From NCBI GenBank assembly GCA_963760725.1, contig CAVXET010000039.1, positions 63,497-127,496 of the forward strand: a stretch of DNA of 64,000 nt, read 5' to 3'. The notes below the pieces were generated by a model, which had not been told where the DNA came from, did no database searches, and was given only the letters and a program-made list of their open reading frames with translations. This DNA is from an uncultured Gammaproteobacteria bacterium. Its GTDB lineage: Bacteria > Pseudomonadota > Gammaproteobacteria > Steroidobacterales > Steroidobacteraceae. This document shows, piece after piece, positions 49,740 to 58,753 of this stretch. The position numbers and the translations under genes were made by a program. Within the stretch, counting starts at the first letter, position 1. Every line of letters begins with the position of its first letter.

Positions 49740-50881
49740 GCGCGCTTGCGCCGGCGCAACCAGCCATCGAGCAGTTCGATCGCGCGCAGCGTCTCGGCGG
49801 TCGACACGGCGAACGAGACGCGCACGAAGCGGTCGCCGTGGGCGCCGTCGAAGTCACGCCCGGTATTGAGGGCGACACCGGTCGCATCGAGGAGCTCGAG
49901 GCACCACGCCAGCGAGTCACGCGTGAATTCGCCCACATCCGCGTAAAGGTAGAAGGCGCCGTCTGGCGGCGCAATCCGGTGAATTCCGAATTCGGCCAGC
50001 GCAGCAGTCAGCAGGGAACGGTTGTTTGCGTAAGTCGCGACGTGGGCCTCGAGCTCGGCATTCGCGTTCATCGCCGCGAGGGCGACGTGTTGTGAGAGCG
50101 TCGGCGGCACCAGGAACAGGTTGCCGGCGAAGCGCCGCATGGGGTCCACCAGCATCGCCGGCACAACCGCCCAGCCGAGCCGCCAGCCGGTCATGCACCA
50201 GTACTTCGAAAACGTGTTGACGACGACGGCATCCGGGGCGTGTGCGAGGACCGATTCGGCGCGGGTGCCGTAGGTGATGCCGTGGTAGGTCTCGTCGGAC
50301 AGGATCCGGATGCCGCGCTCGCGGCACACGGCCGCAATGGCAGCGAGCTCCGGTCCCGGGATCATCGACCCGGTCGGGTTCGACGGGCTGGTCAGTATCA
50401 GGCCGGCCGGCGGCGGATCGAGCGCGGCCACCATGGCTGCCGTCGGCTGGAAGCGCGTGTCGTCGCCGCAATCGAACTCGACCGGCTGGAGACCGAGCGC
50501 ATGCAGCACATTGCGGTGCGCGGGGTAGCCCGGACGCGGAACGGCAACGCGATCGCCGCGGCTGAACAGGACCGACATAGCCAGCACGAGGGCCGCGGAC
50601 GCGCCCATCGTCAGCACGATGCGCTCGTGGCCGATGTCGAGCCCGTAGGCTTCGAGGTAGTGCTGCCCGAGCCGTTCGGCGAGCGCCTCGCTCTCCCAGT
50701 AGCCTTGCGGGCATTCGGCGAGGGCGCGGTGCCCGGCCGCGATCGCCGACGCCGGCGCGCCGGCCGAAGGCTGGCCGACTTCCATGTGGATGACGGGCAG
50801 GCCCTGCCGCTCACGCGCGTTCGCGATGCGGTTGATCTCGACCGCGTAGAACGGCGCGACCCGGCCGGCGGCATGGTTCAT
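49736..50881 (-). CDS. Class I/II pyridoxal-phosphate-dependent aminotransferase
   Basis: The sequence ...LILTSPSNPTGSMI...ILSDETYHGITY...VVNTFSKYWCMTGWRLGWAV...RVSFA carries the PLP Lys in the SKxxxMTGWR motif. Both ends have ATGA overlaps. Confidence 0.85.
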   Translation of the reverse strand: MNHAAGRVAPFYAVEINRIANARERQGLPVIHMEVGQPSAGAPASAIAAGHRALAECPQGYWESEALAERLGQHYLEAYGLDIGHERIVLTMGASAALVLAMSVLFSRGDRVAVPRPGYPAHRNVLHALGLQPVEFDCGDDTRFQPTAAMVAALDPPPAGLILTSPSNPTGSMIPGPELAAIAAVCRERGIRILSDETYHGITYGTRAESVLAHAPDAVVVNTFSKYWCMTGWRLGWAVVPAMLVDPMRRFAGNLFLVPPTLSQHVALAAMNANAELEAHVATYANNRSLLTAALAEFGIHRIAPPDGAFYLYADVGEFTRDSLAWCLELLDATGVALNTGRDFDGAHGDRFVRVSFAVSTAETLRAIELLDGWLRRRKRA

Positions 50882-51645
50882 GGCCGCCGCGCCTCCCGCA
50901 GGGTGGCATCTGCGCGCGCGAGGTCCTGCGCGGTGTCGACTCCGGGGCCCGGCGGCTCCTGCGCATCCGCGACGACGATGGCGAGGCCCAGGGCGAGCGC
51001 GCGCAACTGCTCGAGCCGTTCGCGGCGCTCGAGCTCGGAAGGCGCCGCGGACGCCAGCTTGAGGAGTGCGGCGACGCGATACGCGTAGAGCCCGAGGTGC
51101 CGGCGACTGCCGTGGTGCCGGCTGGCGGCGGCGGGAGTCTGCGCCGCGCCATCGCGGTCCCAGGGAACGGGCGCGCGGCTGAAGTAGAGCGCCATCCCGT
51201 CTGGCCGTGCGACGACCTTCACCACGTTCGGATCCAGGTATTCGGCTTCGGTCAGGATCGGGGTTGCGAGGGTCGCGATTGCCGCGCCCGGGGTTGCGGC
51301 GAGGAGTCCCGCCACCTGGCCGATCAGGACCGGCGGCAGCAACGGTTCGTCGCCCTGGACATTGACGACGATGTCATCTCCCGCCCACCCGCGCTGCATC
51401 GCCACCTCGGCGATGCGGTCGGTGCCGGAGACATGGTGCGCGGCCGTCATTTCGACCGTGGCGCCTGCAGCGAGGCAGGCATCGCGGATGCGCGCATCGT
51501 CGGTCGCGATCACGACCTCCGCGGCGCCGGAACGCAAGGCGAGGCGTTGCACGTGCAGGATCATCGGCTCGCCCGCGATCGGCAGCAGCGGCTTGCCCGG
51601 CAGGCGGGTGGACGCATGCCGCGCCGGGATGACGACCCTGAACAC
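50878..51645 (-). CDS. kdsB: 3-deoxy-manno-octulosonate cytidylyltransferase
   Basis: The GTG start is at 51645. The sequence reads FRVVIPARHASTRLPGKPLLPIAGEPMILHV...VVIATDDARI...TAAHHVSGTDRIAEV...IVVNVQGDEPLLPP...LYFSRAPVPWDRD...HLGLYAYR...LEQLRAL. Confidence 0.9.
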   Translation of the reverse strand: MFRVVIPARHASTRLPGKPLLPIAGEPMILHVQRLALRSGAAEVVIATDDARIRDACLAAGATVEMTAAHHVSGTDRIAEVAMQRGWAGDDIVVNVQGDEPLLPPVLIGQVAGLLAATPGAAIATLATPILTEAEYLDPNVVKVVARPDGMALYFSRAPVPWDRDGAAQTPAAASRHHGSRRHLGLYAYRVAALLKLASAAPSELERRERLEQLRALALGLAIVVADAQEPPGPGVDTAQDLARADATLREARRP

Positions 51646-51647
51646 GG

Positions 51648-51839
51648 TCAGCGGCCGGTCAGCGAGCTGTCGTCGGAAGCGAGGCGCCTCGCCTCGTCCG
51701 GCAGCATCACCGGAATGCCGTCGCGCACGGGGTACGCGAGCCGGTCCGCGCGGCAGACGAATTCCTGCGCTTCGCGCAGCCACGTGAGCGGGCCCTTGCA
51801 CACCGGACAGGCGAGAATGTCAGTCAGCCGCTCGCTCAC
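51648..51839 (-). CDS. ycaR: Trm112/YcaR family (UPF0434) small zinc-ribbon-like protein
   Basis: The GTG start at 51839 overlaps the lpxK stop (GTGA). The sequence SERLTDILACPVCKGPLTWLREAQEFVCRADRLAYPVRDGIPVMLPDEAR fits the family, and the gene is in the conserved position between lpxK and kdsB. Confidence 0.8.
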   Translation of the reverse strand: MSERLTDILACPVCKGPLTWLREAQEFVCRADRLAYPVRDGIPVMLPDEARRLASDDSSLTGR

Positions 51840-52846
51840 GATTCCGTACCTCGCTTCCCGTCCACCAGCCGCTCGATGCGCGCGATCAGTGCCTCGGCCG
51901 CGGCAGCGTCGACGACGGGCGACACCTCGACGTATCCCGTGTCCATCCAGCCCACGCCGCCGCATTTTACGGCATCTTTCTCGGTCAGCAGCACCGGCTT
52001 GCCTTGCCCCGCGCCGGCCAGCGCCGGCGTGAAGCGTGCATGGTCCGGCAGCGTGCGGGTCTCGATCCGGAGCCCGTGGTCGCGCAGCATCGCGAAATAC
52101 CGGTCCGGGTTGCCGATCGCCGCCGCGGCGATGACATCGCGGCCCGCATAATTGGACAACGGCTGGCGCGAGCCGTCGCGGAATGAAACGACGGCGACCG
52201 GTTCGAGCTGCATGAAGATGGCGCCCGCCCTCTCAAAGCCACGACCGTTGACGACCACGGCGTCGGCCTCCTCGAGGCGCGCGACGGGCTCACGCAGTGG
52301 TCCTGCAGGGAGTCGGCGCCCGTTGCCGAATCCGCGCATGCCGTCCACGACGATGATTTCGATGTCGCGGGCCAGTGCGTAGTGCTGGAGGCCGTCGTCG
52401 CACAGGATCAGGTCACAGTCAGGCTCGAGCAGGCGCACGGCGTCGGCACGCCGCGCCGCGACCGCAACCGGAACCGACAGGCGGCGGCGAATCATCAGCG
52501 CCTCGTCGCCGGCTGCAGCTGCCGAGTCCGTATCCGTCAGGCGCCGCGCCGTGCCCCCGGCACTGCGGTAGCCCCGCATCGCGACGCCGACCCGGAGGCT
52601 GCGCCGTGACAGTTCGCCGGCGAGCCATATCACGAACGGAGTCTTGCCGGACCCGCCCACCGTGAGATTGCCGACAACGACGACCGGACGCGGCGAACGA
52701 TAACGGCTCAGGACGCCGCTCTGGTACAGGCTGCGGCGCAGGCGCGCGAGGCCCGCGAACAGCCAGGCGAGGGGCAGCAGCCAGCGTCCGCGCCCCGTAT
52801 TCCCATACCAGGTCGCGATGAACCAGTCGTGCAGGCGCTTGCCCAT
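51836..52846 (-). CDS. lpxK: Tetraacyldisaccharide 4'-kinase
   Basis: WLLPLAWLFAGLARLRRSLY...VVVVGNLTVGGSGKTPFVIWLAGEL (P-loop)...DLILCDDGLQHYALARD.EIIVVDG.RGFGNGRRLPAGPLREP. Confidence 0.92.
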   Translation of the reverse strand: MGKRLHDWFIATWYGNTGRGRWLLPLAWLFAGLARLRRSLYQSGVLSRYRSPRPVVVVGNLTVGGSGKTPFVIWLAGELSRRSLRVGVAMRGYRSAGGTARRLTDTDSAAAAGDEALMIRRRLSVPVAVAARRADAVRLLEPDCDLILCDDGLQHYALARDIEIIVVDGMRGFGNGRRLPAGPLREPVARLEEADAVVVNGRGFERAGAIFMQLEPVAVVSFRDGSRQPLSNYAGRDVIAAAAIGNPDRYFAMLRDHGLRIETRTLPDHARFTPALAGAGQGKPVLLTEKDAVKCGGVGWMDTGYVEVSPVVDAAAAEALIARIERLVDGKRGTES

Positions 52847-52864
52847 GCGCGGATCGCGTGCCGG

Positions 52865-54643
52865 TCAGGCGTTGAACTGCATGCGGTGCAGCGCGGCATA
52901 GACGCCGCCTGCAGCCAGGAGCTCGGCGTGGGTACCGGACTCGACGATACGGCCGCCGTCCATCACCACGATGCGGTCGGCCCGCTCGATCGTCGTCAGG
53001 CGGTGCGCGATGACGAGTGTGGTGCGGCCCGCGACGAGCCCCGCCAGCGCAGTCTGCACCAGGTGCTCGGATTCGGCGTCGAGCGCGGAAGTCGCCTCGT
53101 CCAGTATCAGGACCGGCGCGTTCTTCAGGATCGCGCGCGCGATTGCGACCCGCTGGCGCTGCCCGCCGGAGAGCAGCGCGCCGCGCTCCCCGATCACGGT
53201 GTCGAGTCCATCCGGCAGGTCTGTGGCGAACTCGAGCACGTGCGCCGCCTGCGCCGCGTTCTCGACGTCAGTCGGGCTCGCCGCGGGCGCGCTGAAGGCG
53301 ATGTTGTTGCGGATCGAGTCGTCTATCAGCATCACGTCCTGGCTCACGAGTGCAAGCTGGTTGCGCAGGTCCGCCAGCCGATAATTCCGGATATCGACGC
53401 CGTCGAGCAGCACGGCGCCGCTGTCCGGGTCGTGAAAACGAGGCAACAGGCTGACGAGCGTCGACTTCCCGCTGCCGGAGCGGCCGACGATCGCCACGGT
53501 CTCGCCCGGCGCGACCTGGATGCGGATGCCGGTGAGGACCTGGCCCTTCTCGGCGTCGTAGGTGAATGTCACGTCGCGGAACTCGATCTCGCCCCGGGCG
53601 CGGCCGAGCGTGACTGCGCCGCCGCGGTCCTCGGCGGCGGCATCGAGCACCTCGAATACGCTCTCGCCCGCCGCGATGCCCTGCTGCAGCGGGCCGACCA
53701 CGCTGACGAGGCGCCGCAGCGGCGCCGTGACCAGGAGCAGGGCCGTCAGGAAGGACGTGAACTCGCCGATCGTGAGCCCCAGCTCGAGAACGTCACGGAT
53801 CGCCATGTACATGACGGCAGCGAGGCCGGCCGCGGCGATCATCTGCACCACCGGATTGGAGACGGCTTTCACCGTGATCAGCTTCATGAAACTCGCGCGA
53901 TTGCGCTCGTTGACCACCTCGAAGACCGCCGCCTGCTGCGCCTCGGCATTGAAGACCTTGATCATGCGCTGGCTCTCGAGCGACTCCTTGGCGACGCGCG
54001 TCACGTCCCCCATCGAGGCCTGGATGCGGCCGCTGTAACGCCGGAACTTCTGGCTGGTCGCGCGGATCAGCCCGACGATCAGCGGTGCGACTGCGAGCGC
54101 GAAGAGGGTCAGCTTCCAGTTCAGGTACAGCAGGTAACCGATCAGCCCGATGATCGTCAGCGTGTCGCGGATGATGAACGTGACGGCGTTGGTCGCGGCC
54201 TCGGCGACCAGCTCGATGTTGTAGGTGAGGCGCGACAGGAGCTGCGCGACGCCGTTCCTGTCGAAGTACGAGACCGGCAGGTGCAGGTAGCGCGCGAAAA
54301 CATCGCCCCGGATCGCCTTGATGACCTGGCGACCGACCCAGCCGGGCGCATACACCGACAGGTAGTCGCCGATCCCGCGCACCAGGAACAGCACGATGAT
54401 CCCCCCCGGCACGTACACCAGCAGGCGCGGGTCGCGCTCGACAAAGGCGCCGTCCAGGAACTTCTTGACCAGCACCGCGAATCCCGTGTCGACCGCGGCG
54501 TACAGGACCATGCCGAGGACGCCCAGCAGGAACATGGCCCAGTGCGGGCGCGCGTACGCAAGCAGGCGCCAGTAGGTCTTGAGGCCGCTCGCGGTCAGCG
54601 GCGGCAGCGGGACCTTATTCTTCTTGCTGGCTGACTGTCGCAA
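52865..54643 (-). CDS. msbA: Lipid A export ABC transporter MsbA (fused permease/ATPase)
   Basis: The 592-aa ORF has a six-TM N-terminal half, then VAIVGRSGSGKSTLVSLL (Walker A), LSGGQRQRVAIARAIL (signature) and VLILDEATSALD (Walker B). It lies immediately upstream of lpxK. Confidence 0.9.
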   Translation of the reverse strand: MRQSASKKNKVPLPPLTASGLKTYWRLLAYARPHWAMFLLGVLGMVLYAAVDTGFAVLVKKFLDGAFVERDPRLLVYVPGGIIVLFLVRGIGDYLSVYAPGWVGRQVIKAIRGDVFARYLHLPVSYFDRNGVAQLLSRLTYNIELVAEAATNAVTFIIRDTLTIIGLIGYLLYLNWKLTLFALAVAPLIVGLIRATSQKFRRYSGRIQASMGDVTRVAKESLESQRMIKVFNAEAQQAAVFEVVNERNRASFMKLITVKAVSNPVVQMIAAAGLAAVMYMAIRDVLELGLTIGEFTSFLTALLLVTAPLRRLVSVVGPLQQGIAAGESVFEVLDAAAEDRGGAVTLGRARGEIEFRDVTFTYDAEKGQVLTGIRIQVAPGETVAIVGRSGSGKSTLVSLLPRFHDPDSGAVLLDGVDIRNYRLADLRNQLALVSQDVMLIDDSIRNNIAFSAPAASPTDVENAAQAAHVLEFATDLPDGLDTVIGERGALLSGGQRQRVAIARAILKNAPVLILDEATSALDAESEHLVQTALAGLVAGRTTLVIAHRLTTIERADRIVVMDGGRIVESGTHAELLAAGGVYAALHRMQFNA

Positions 54644-55034
54644 TGTTGACCTGTGTGAAGCCCTGCTTTGCGGCGACGTCCATGGCGGTCACCACCGACT
54701 GGTGGGTCGCCCGCGCGTCGGCGCGGATGGTCACGGGCTCCTTGCGCGAGCCGCCGGTGACCTGGCGCAGCGCGGCGCTCAGCGTCGCCCTCTCGTTGTT
54801 GACCAGGGCGCGGTCGTTGACCCGATAGCTGCCTTGCGCGGAGATGGTAATGACGATCGCCTGCGGCGAGCGCTCGGCAATGGCTGAGCCCGCCTCGGGA
54901 AGTTCGACCCGCAGCCGGGCGTCCTGCACGAAGGTGGTCGACAGCATGAAGAAGATGACCAGCAGGAGGACGACGTCCACCAGCGATATCAGGTTCAGCT
55001 CGACCTCGTCGGCGCGCTTGACCTGCAGCCTCAT
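54615..55034 (-). CDS. exbD: ExbD/TolR family biopolymer transport protein
   Basis: MRLQVKRADEVELNLISLVDVVLLLVIFFMLSTTF...VTIRADARATHQSVVTAMDVAAKQGF. Confidence 0.88.
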   Translation of the reverse strand: MRLQVKRADEVELNLISLVDVVLLLVIFFMLSTTFVQDARLRVELPEAGSAIAERSPQAIVITISAQGSYRVNDRALVNNERATLSAALRQVTGGSRKEPVTIRADARATHQSVVTAMDVAAKQGFTQVNIATVSQQEE

Positions 55035-55678
55035 GAGGCCGCTTCGCGGCGGCGGGCCCCGCGCTCCGTCCGCTTCTGCAACAGGTCGAAGGCGCGTACG
55101 AGCTTCATCGCCTCCTTCTCCATGTCGACGACCAGCACATCGACGAGGCCGCGCAGGTAGCGGTACGCAAACAGGGACGGGATGGCGACGACGAGGCCGG
55201 CAGCGGTAGTGATGAGCGCCGTGCCAATGCCGCCGGCCAGCACCTGCGGGTCTCCCACGCCTTCGGCCGAGATGGCCTCGAAGGCCTGGATCATGCCGGT
55301 CACCGTGCCGAGCAGGCCAAGGAGCGGTGAGACGGCGGCGATGGTCCCGAGCGTCCCGAGGAAGCGCTCGAGCTCATGCACCACGTGCCGGCCGGTGTCC
55401 TCGATCGCCTCCTTCATGATCTCGCGGCCGTGATCCCGGTTCATCAGGCCGGCGGCAAGGACGCGCCCGAGCGGCGAGTTATGGGCCAGCGCCTCGATAT
55501 GGCGCTCATTGAGGCTCTGCGATTCGACCAGCTTCCAGATGCGGTCCGTGAGCTCGCGCGGAATCACCCGCTTGCGTTGCAGCGTCCACAGGCGCTCGAG
55601 AACGATGGCGGCGGCGACCACCGAGCAGAAGATGATCGGCCACATGACTGGGCCGCCGGCCAGGATGATTTCCCACAT
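55031..55678 (-). CDS. exbB: MotA/TolQ/ExbB proton-channel protein
   Basis: MWEIILAGGPVMWPIIFCSVVAAAIVLERL...LGTIAAVSPLLGLLGTVTGMIQAF...GIGTALITTAAGLVVAIPSLFAY. Confidence 0.88.
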   Translation of the reverse strand: MWEIILAGGPVMWPIIFCSVVAAAIVLERLWTLQRKRVIPRELTDRIWKLVESQSLNERHIEALAHNSPLGRVLAAGLMNRDHGREIMKEAIEDTGRHVVHELERFLGTLGTIAAVSPLLGLLGTVTGMIQAFEAISAEGVGDPQVLAGGIGTALITTAAGLVVAIPSLFAYRYLRGLVDVLVVDMEKEAMKLVRAFDLLQKRTERGARRREAAS

Positions 55679-55723
55679 GGCGCGGCATGATACCGTGCGG
55701 CCAGATCCGCTGCCCGCGACCCC

Positions 55724-57991
55724 TCAGCGGACCGGCCGGGCGCGCCACCAGTGCGGCTCGTCGCGCCGCTCCGTCTCGACCTCGATGGTACCGGCCGCGG
55801 GTGGAACGCGAACCCGGACCGCACCCTGCCCTGCCGTATCGATCACCGCCGTGCCGGCTGCACGCCAGCGCGCCACCACATCCGCGCGCGGCATCCCCCA
55901 GCGATTCCCGAAGCCGACTGACGCAATGGCGACTTGGGCAGACACTGCGGCGACCAGTGCCGGTGAAGACGAGGTCGCACTGCCGTGATGCGGGACGAGG
56001 ACAATGTCCGCCGCGATCTCCTGGCCGACGAGCGCCGACTCCGCATCCGCTTCGGGATCGGCCAGCAGGAGCACGGAACCGCCTGCGCCAGCGACGTGCA
56101 AGGCGCAAGAGCGGTCGTTGTCGCTGCCCTCGAACGCCCTTGGCGGATGCACCACACGAAATGCGACGCCGTCCCACTCCCATGCGGTGCCCGTCGTGCA
56201 GGTTCCGTGGGCGGCAGCGCGGCTTCCGGGAGACGCCAGCATGTGTTCCACCGCGATCGCGCCCGCGATGAGCCGGGCACCCCCGGTGTGATCCTGGTCG
56301 TCGTGGCTCAGGACGAGCCGGTCAATCCTGCGGATGCCGCGCGAGCGCAGGTACGGGAGCAGTGAAACGCGGGCGGCAACCGTCCCGCCGCGCCACTGCG
56401 GCCCGCTGTCGAACAACAGCACGTGACCCGAAGTCTCGATGACCGCTGCCAGTCCCTGGCCGACGTCGATCACGGATAACGTGAACGCGCCGGGCTCGAC
56501 CGGTTCTGCGCGCCCGCAGACCAGGGCAATCAGCAGCACTGCGGCGGCAGCACAAAGCCCTCTCTTCGGGACCAGCATCGCGCCGTACGCGAGCACGCCG
56601 GCGCCCGCCATTAGCGCAGCCGGTTGCAGCGCGGGCGCCATGCTCGCAGCGTGCCAGGTGGCGATCCATTCCAGTACGGGCCAGGTCCCGTCCAGGATCC
56701 GGCCGAGCAGGCGCCACAGCAGCGCAGACGCTGCCGGCGCAGGCACCGCGATCGCCGTGCCAAGCAGCACGCCGGGCAGGATCAGCAGGCTGAAGACCGG
56801 GATGGCGACGGCGTTGACCAGGGGCGCGACGAGCGAGAGTCGGCCAAACGTCGCCGCCAGGACTGGGGCCAGTACGACGGTAATCGCCATCTGGGCGCGC
56901 GCAAATCCGCCGACCGATGCGCGCCACCCATTGCCCGCAGAGCCCGCCGCAAAGAGCGCCGCTGTCGCGACGAAGGAAAGCCAGAACCCCGCCGACGTGA
57001 TCGATAACGGGTCAGTGGCCACCAGGATCGCGGCCGCGATCGGGAGCGTGCCTGAAATCGGAGCCGGACGCCGCAAGGCACGCAGCAGGGAGAAGAGCAC
57101 AACCATCGCAAGCGTGCGCAGCGCCGGAACCGAGGCCCCGGAAAGCAGTGCGTAGGCGGCCGTCGCCCCCACGACGGCGATGCCCTCGATAACGACGCGG
57201 TGGGGCGATGGCCGCAGGACGCGCCAGCGCCAGGCGAGCCGCAGCAGCAGCAACATCGAGAGCGCGCATCCGGTGACGTGCAGGCCCGAGATTGCGACCA
57301 GGTGCGCAAGTCCGGTGACCGCGAATGCTTCCCAGAGTCCATCCGGGATGTTGCCGCGTACGCCGACGGACAGGCCCTGCAGCACGGCTGCGGATGGTCC
57401 CGCGGGCAGCGCAGCGGCAATCGCGCCGGCAACTCGTTCCCGCAGCCGCTCGACCCCGTGCACCACCGGACCGTCGAGGCGTTCCGGCGAGAGTCCGTTG
57501 ACTACATACCCGGTCGCGCCGATGCCTTCGCGCAGCAACGCCAGTTCGCGATCGGGTGCCCCCGGATTTGCGAATCCGCGCGGGCAGCGCAATTTGGCCG
57601 TGACCCGCCAGCGTTCGCCGACGTGCGGGACCCGATCGGCGTCGTACCAGGACAGGCGGATTCGCCGCGGCGCGGACCGGCCGCTCGATGCGTACCTGCT
57701 CTCGAGATCAAAGTCGGTCCGGTCCGGCCGCACGATGGCAGGCGCGGAAACCCGGCCATCCAGCTCGACGGTCTGACCATCCCGGGCGCAAGGCCAGCTT
57801 CCCACGAGCGCGTTCGACACGCTGTGGAGTGCCCATGCACAGCCGGCGAGGCATGCCGCAAGCGCCGGCGCGCGACGAAGCACCCAAGCCGCCGCGATTG
57901 CAGGCACGGCCGCCACTGCGGGTGGCCAGGGCGCCGGCAATACATGGATCGCCGCGGCGCCGAGGCAGAAGGCGAGCGCACTGCGCAGCAT
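55724..57991 (-). CDS. comEC: DNA internalization-related competence protein ComEC/Rec2
   Basis: The 755-aa ORF has multiple TM segments (GLAHLVAISGLHV competence-domain motif) and a C-terminal metallo-beta-lactamase domain (LSVIDVGQGLAAVIET...LVLSHDDQDHTGG...VPHHGS). Confidence 0.88.
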   Translation of the reverse strand: MLRSALAFCLGAAAIHVLPAPWPPAVAAVPAIAAAWVLRRAPALAACLAGCAWALHSVSNALVGSWPCARDGQTVELDGRVSAPAIVRPDRTDFDLESRYASSGRSAPRRIRLSWYDADRVPHVGERWRVTAKLRCPRGFANPGAPDRELALLREGIGATGYVVNGLSPERLDGPVVHGVERLRERVAGAIAAALPAGPSAAVLQGLSVGVRGNIPDGLWEAFAVTGLAHLVAISGLHVTGCALSMLLLLRLAWRWRVLRPSPHRVVIEGIAVVGATAAYALLSGASVPALRTLAMVVLFSLLRALRRPAPISGTLPIAAAILVATDPLSITSAGFWLSFVATAALFAAGSAGNGWRASVGGFARAQMAITVVLAPVLAATFGRLSLVAPLVNAVAIPVFSLLILPGVLLGTAIAVPAPAASALLWRLLGRILDGTWPVLEWIATWHAASMAPALQPAALMAGAGVLAYGAMLVPKRGLCAAAAVLLIALVCGRAEPVEPGAFTLSVIDVGQGLAAVIETSGHVLLFDSGPQWRGGTVAARVSLLPYLRSRGIRRIDRLVLSHDDQDHTGGARLIAGAIAVEHMLASPGSRAAAHGTCTTGTAWEWDGVAFRVVHPPRAFEGSDNDRSCALHVAGAGGSVLLLADPEADAESALVGQEIAADIVLVPHHGSATSSSPALVAAVSAQVAIASVGFGNRWGMPRADVVARWRAAGTAVIDTAGQGAVRVRVPPAAGTIEVETERRDEPHWWRARPVR

Positions 57992-58054
57992 GCGGCCGGG
58001 CCTGCAAGCGGGAGTCCTGCAGCTTGCCGGCGCCGGGTGCGCCCCGCTCAGCGA

Positions 58055-58744
58055 TCAGGCGCTGCGTTCGAGGAGAATCCCGTCCTCCAGCATGAGCACG
58101 CGGTCCATGCGCGCGGCAAGCGCGTGATCGTGGGTCACGATCACGAGGCTCGTCCCGAGCTCGCGGTTGAGTTCCATCATGAGCTCGAGCACCTGGCGCG
58201 CGTGGCCGCCGTCGAGGTTTCCGGTCGGCTCATCCGCCAGCACGATGCGCGGCCGCGTGATGAGCGCGCGTGCCACCGCCGCGCGTTGTCGTTCGCCGCC
58301 CGAGAGCTGGGAGGGCCGGTGCGTGAGGCGCCCGCCGAGCCCGACGCGTGCCAGCAGGCTCCCGGCCTGGCGCGCCGCCTCGGCGCGCGGCAACCCCCGG
58401 ATCAGCAGTGGCATGGCCACGTTCTCCAGCGCGCTGAACTCGGGAAGCAGGTGGTGGAACTGGTACACGAAGCCCATGGCGGCATTGCGCAGGCGCCCGC
58501 GCTCGGCGTCTTCGAGCGCCGACATCTCGCGCCCGTCGATTCGCACGCGGCCGGCCGTCGGCAGGTCGAGCCCGCCGAGCAGCTGCAGGAGCGTGGTCTT
58601 GCCGGAGCCGGACGCGCCGACGATCGCGACCCGCTCGCCCTGGCGGATCACGGCGTTCACGCCTTGCAGGACGCGCACCAGGGCCGGGCCCTGGCGGAAT
58701 TCCTTCACCAGGCCTTCGCAGGCGAGGACGACGTTGTCGCTCAT
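58055..58744 (-). CDS. lolD: Lipoprotein-releasing ABC transporter ATP-binding protein LolD
   Basis: [54 protein letters not shown] and LVIVTHD. The gene follows two LolC/E-type permease genes. Confidence 0.88.
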   Translation of the reverse strand: MSDNVVLACEGLVKEFRQGPALVRVLQGVNAVIRQGERVAIVGASGSGKTTLLQLLGGLDLPTAGRVRIDGREMSALEDAERGRLRNAAMGFVYQFHHLLPEFSALENVAMPLLIRGLPRAEAARQAGSLLARVGLGGRLTHRPSQLSGGERQRAAVARALITRPRIVLADEPTGNLDGGHARQVLELMMELNRELGTSLVIVTHDHALAARMDRVLMLEDGILLERSA

Positions 58745-58753
58745 GGCAGTCGG

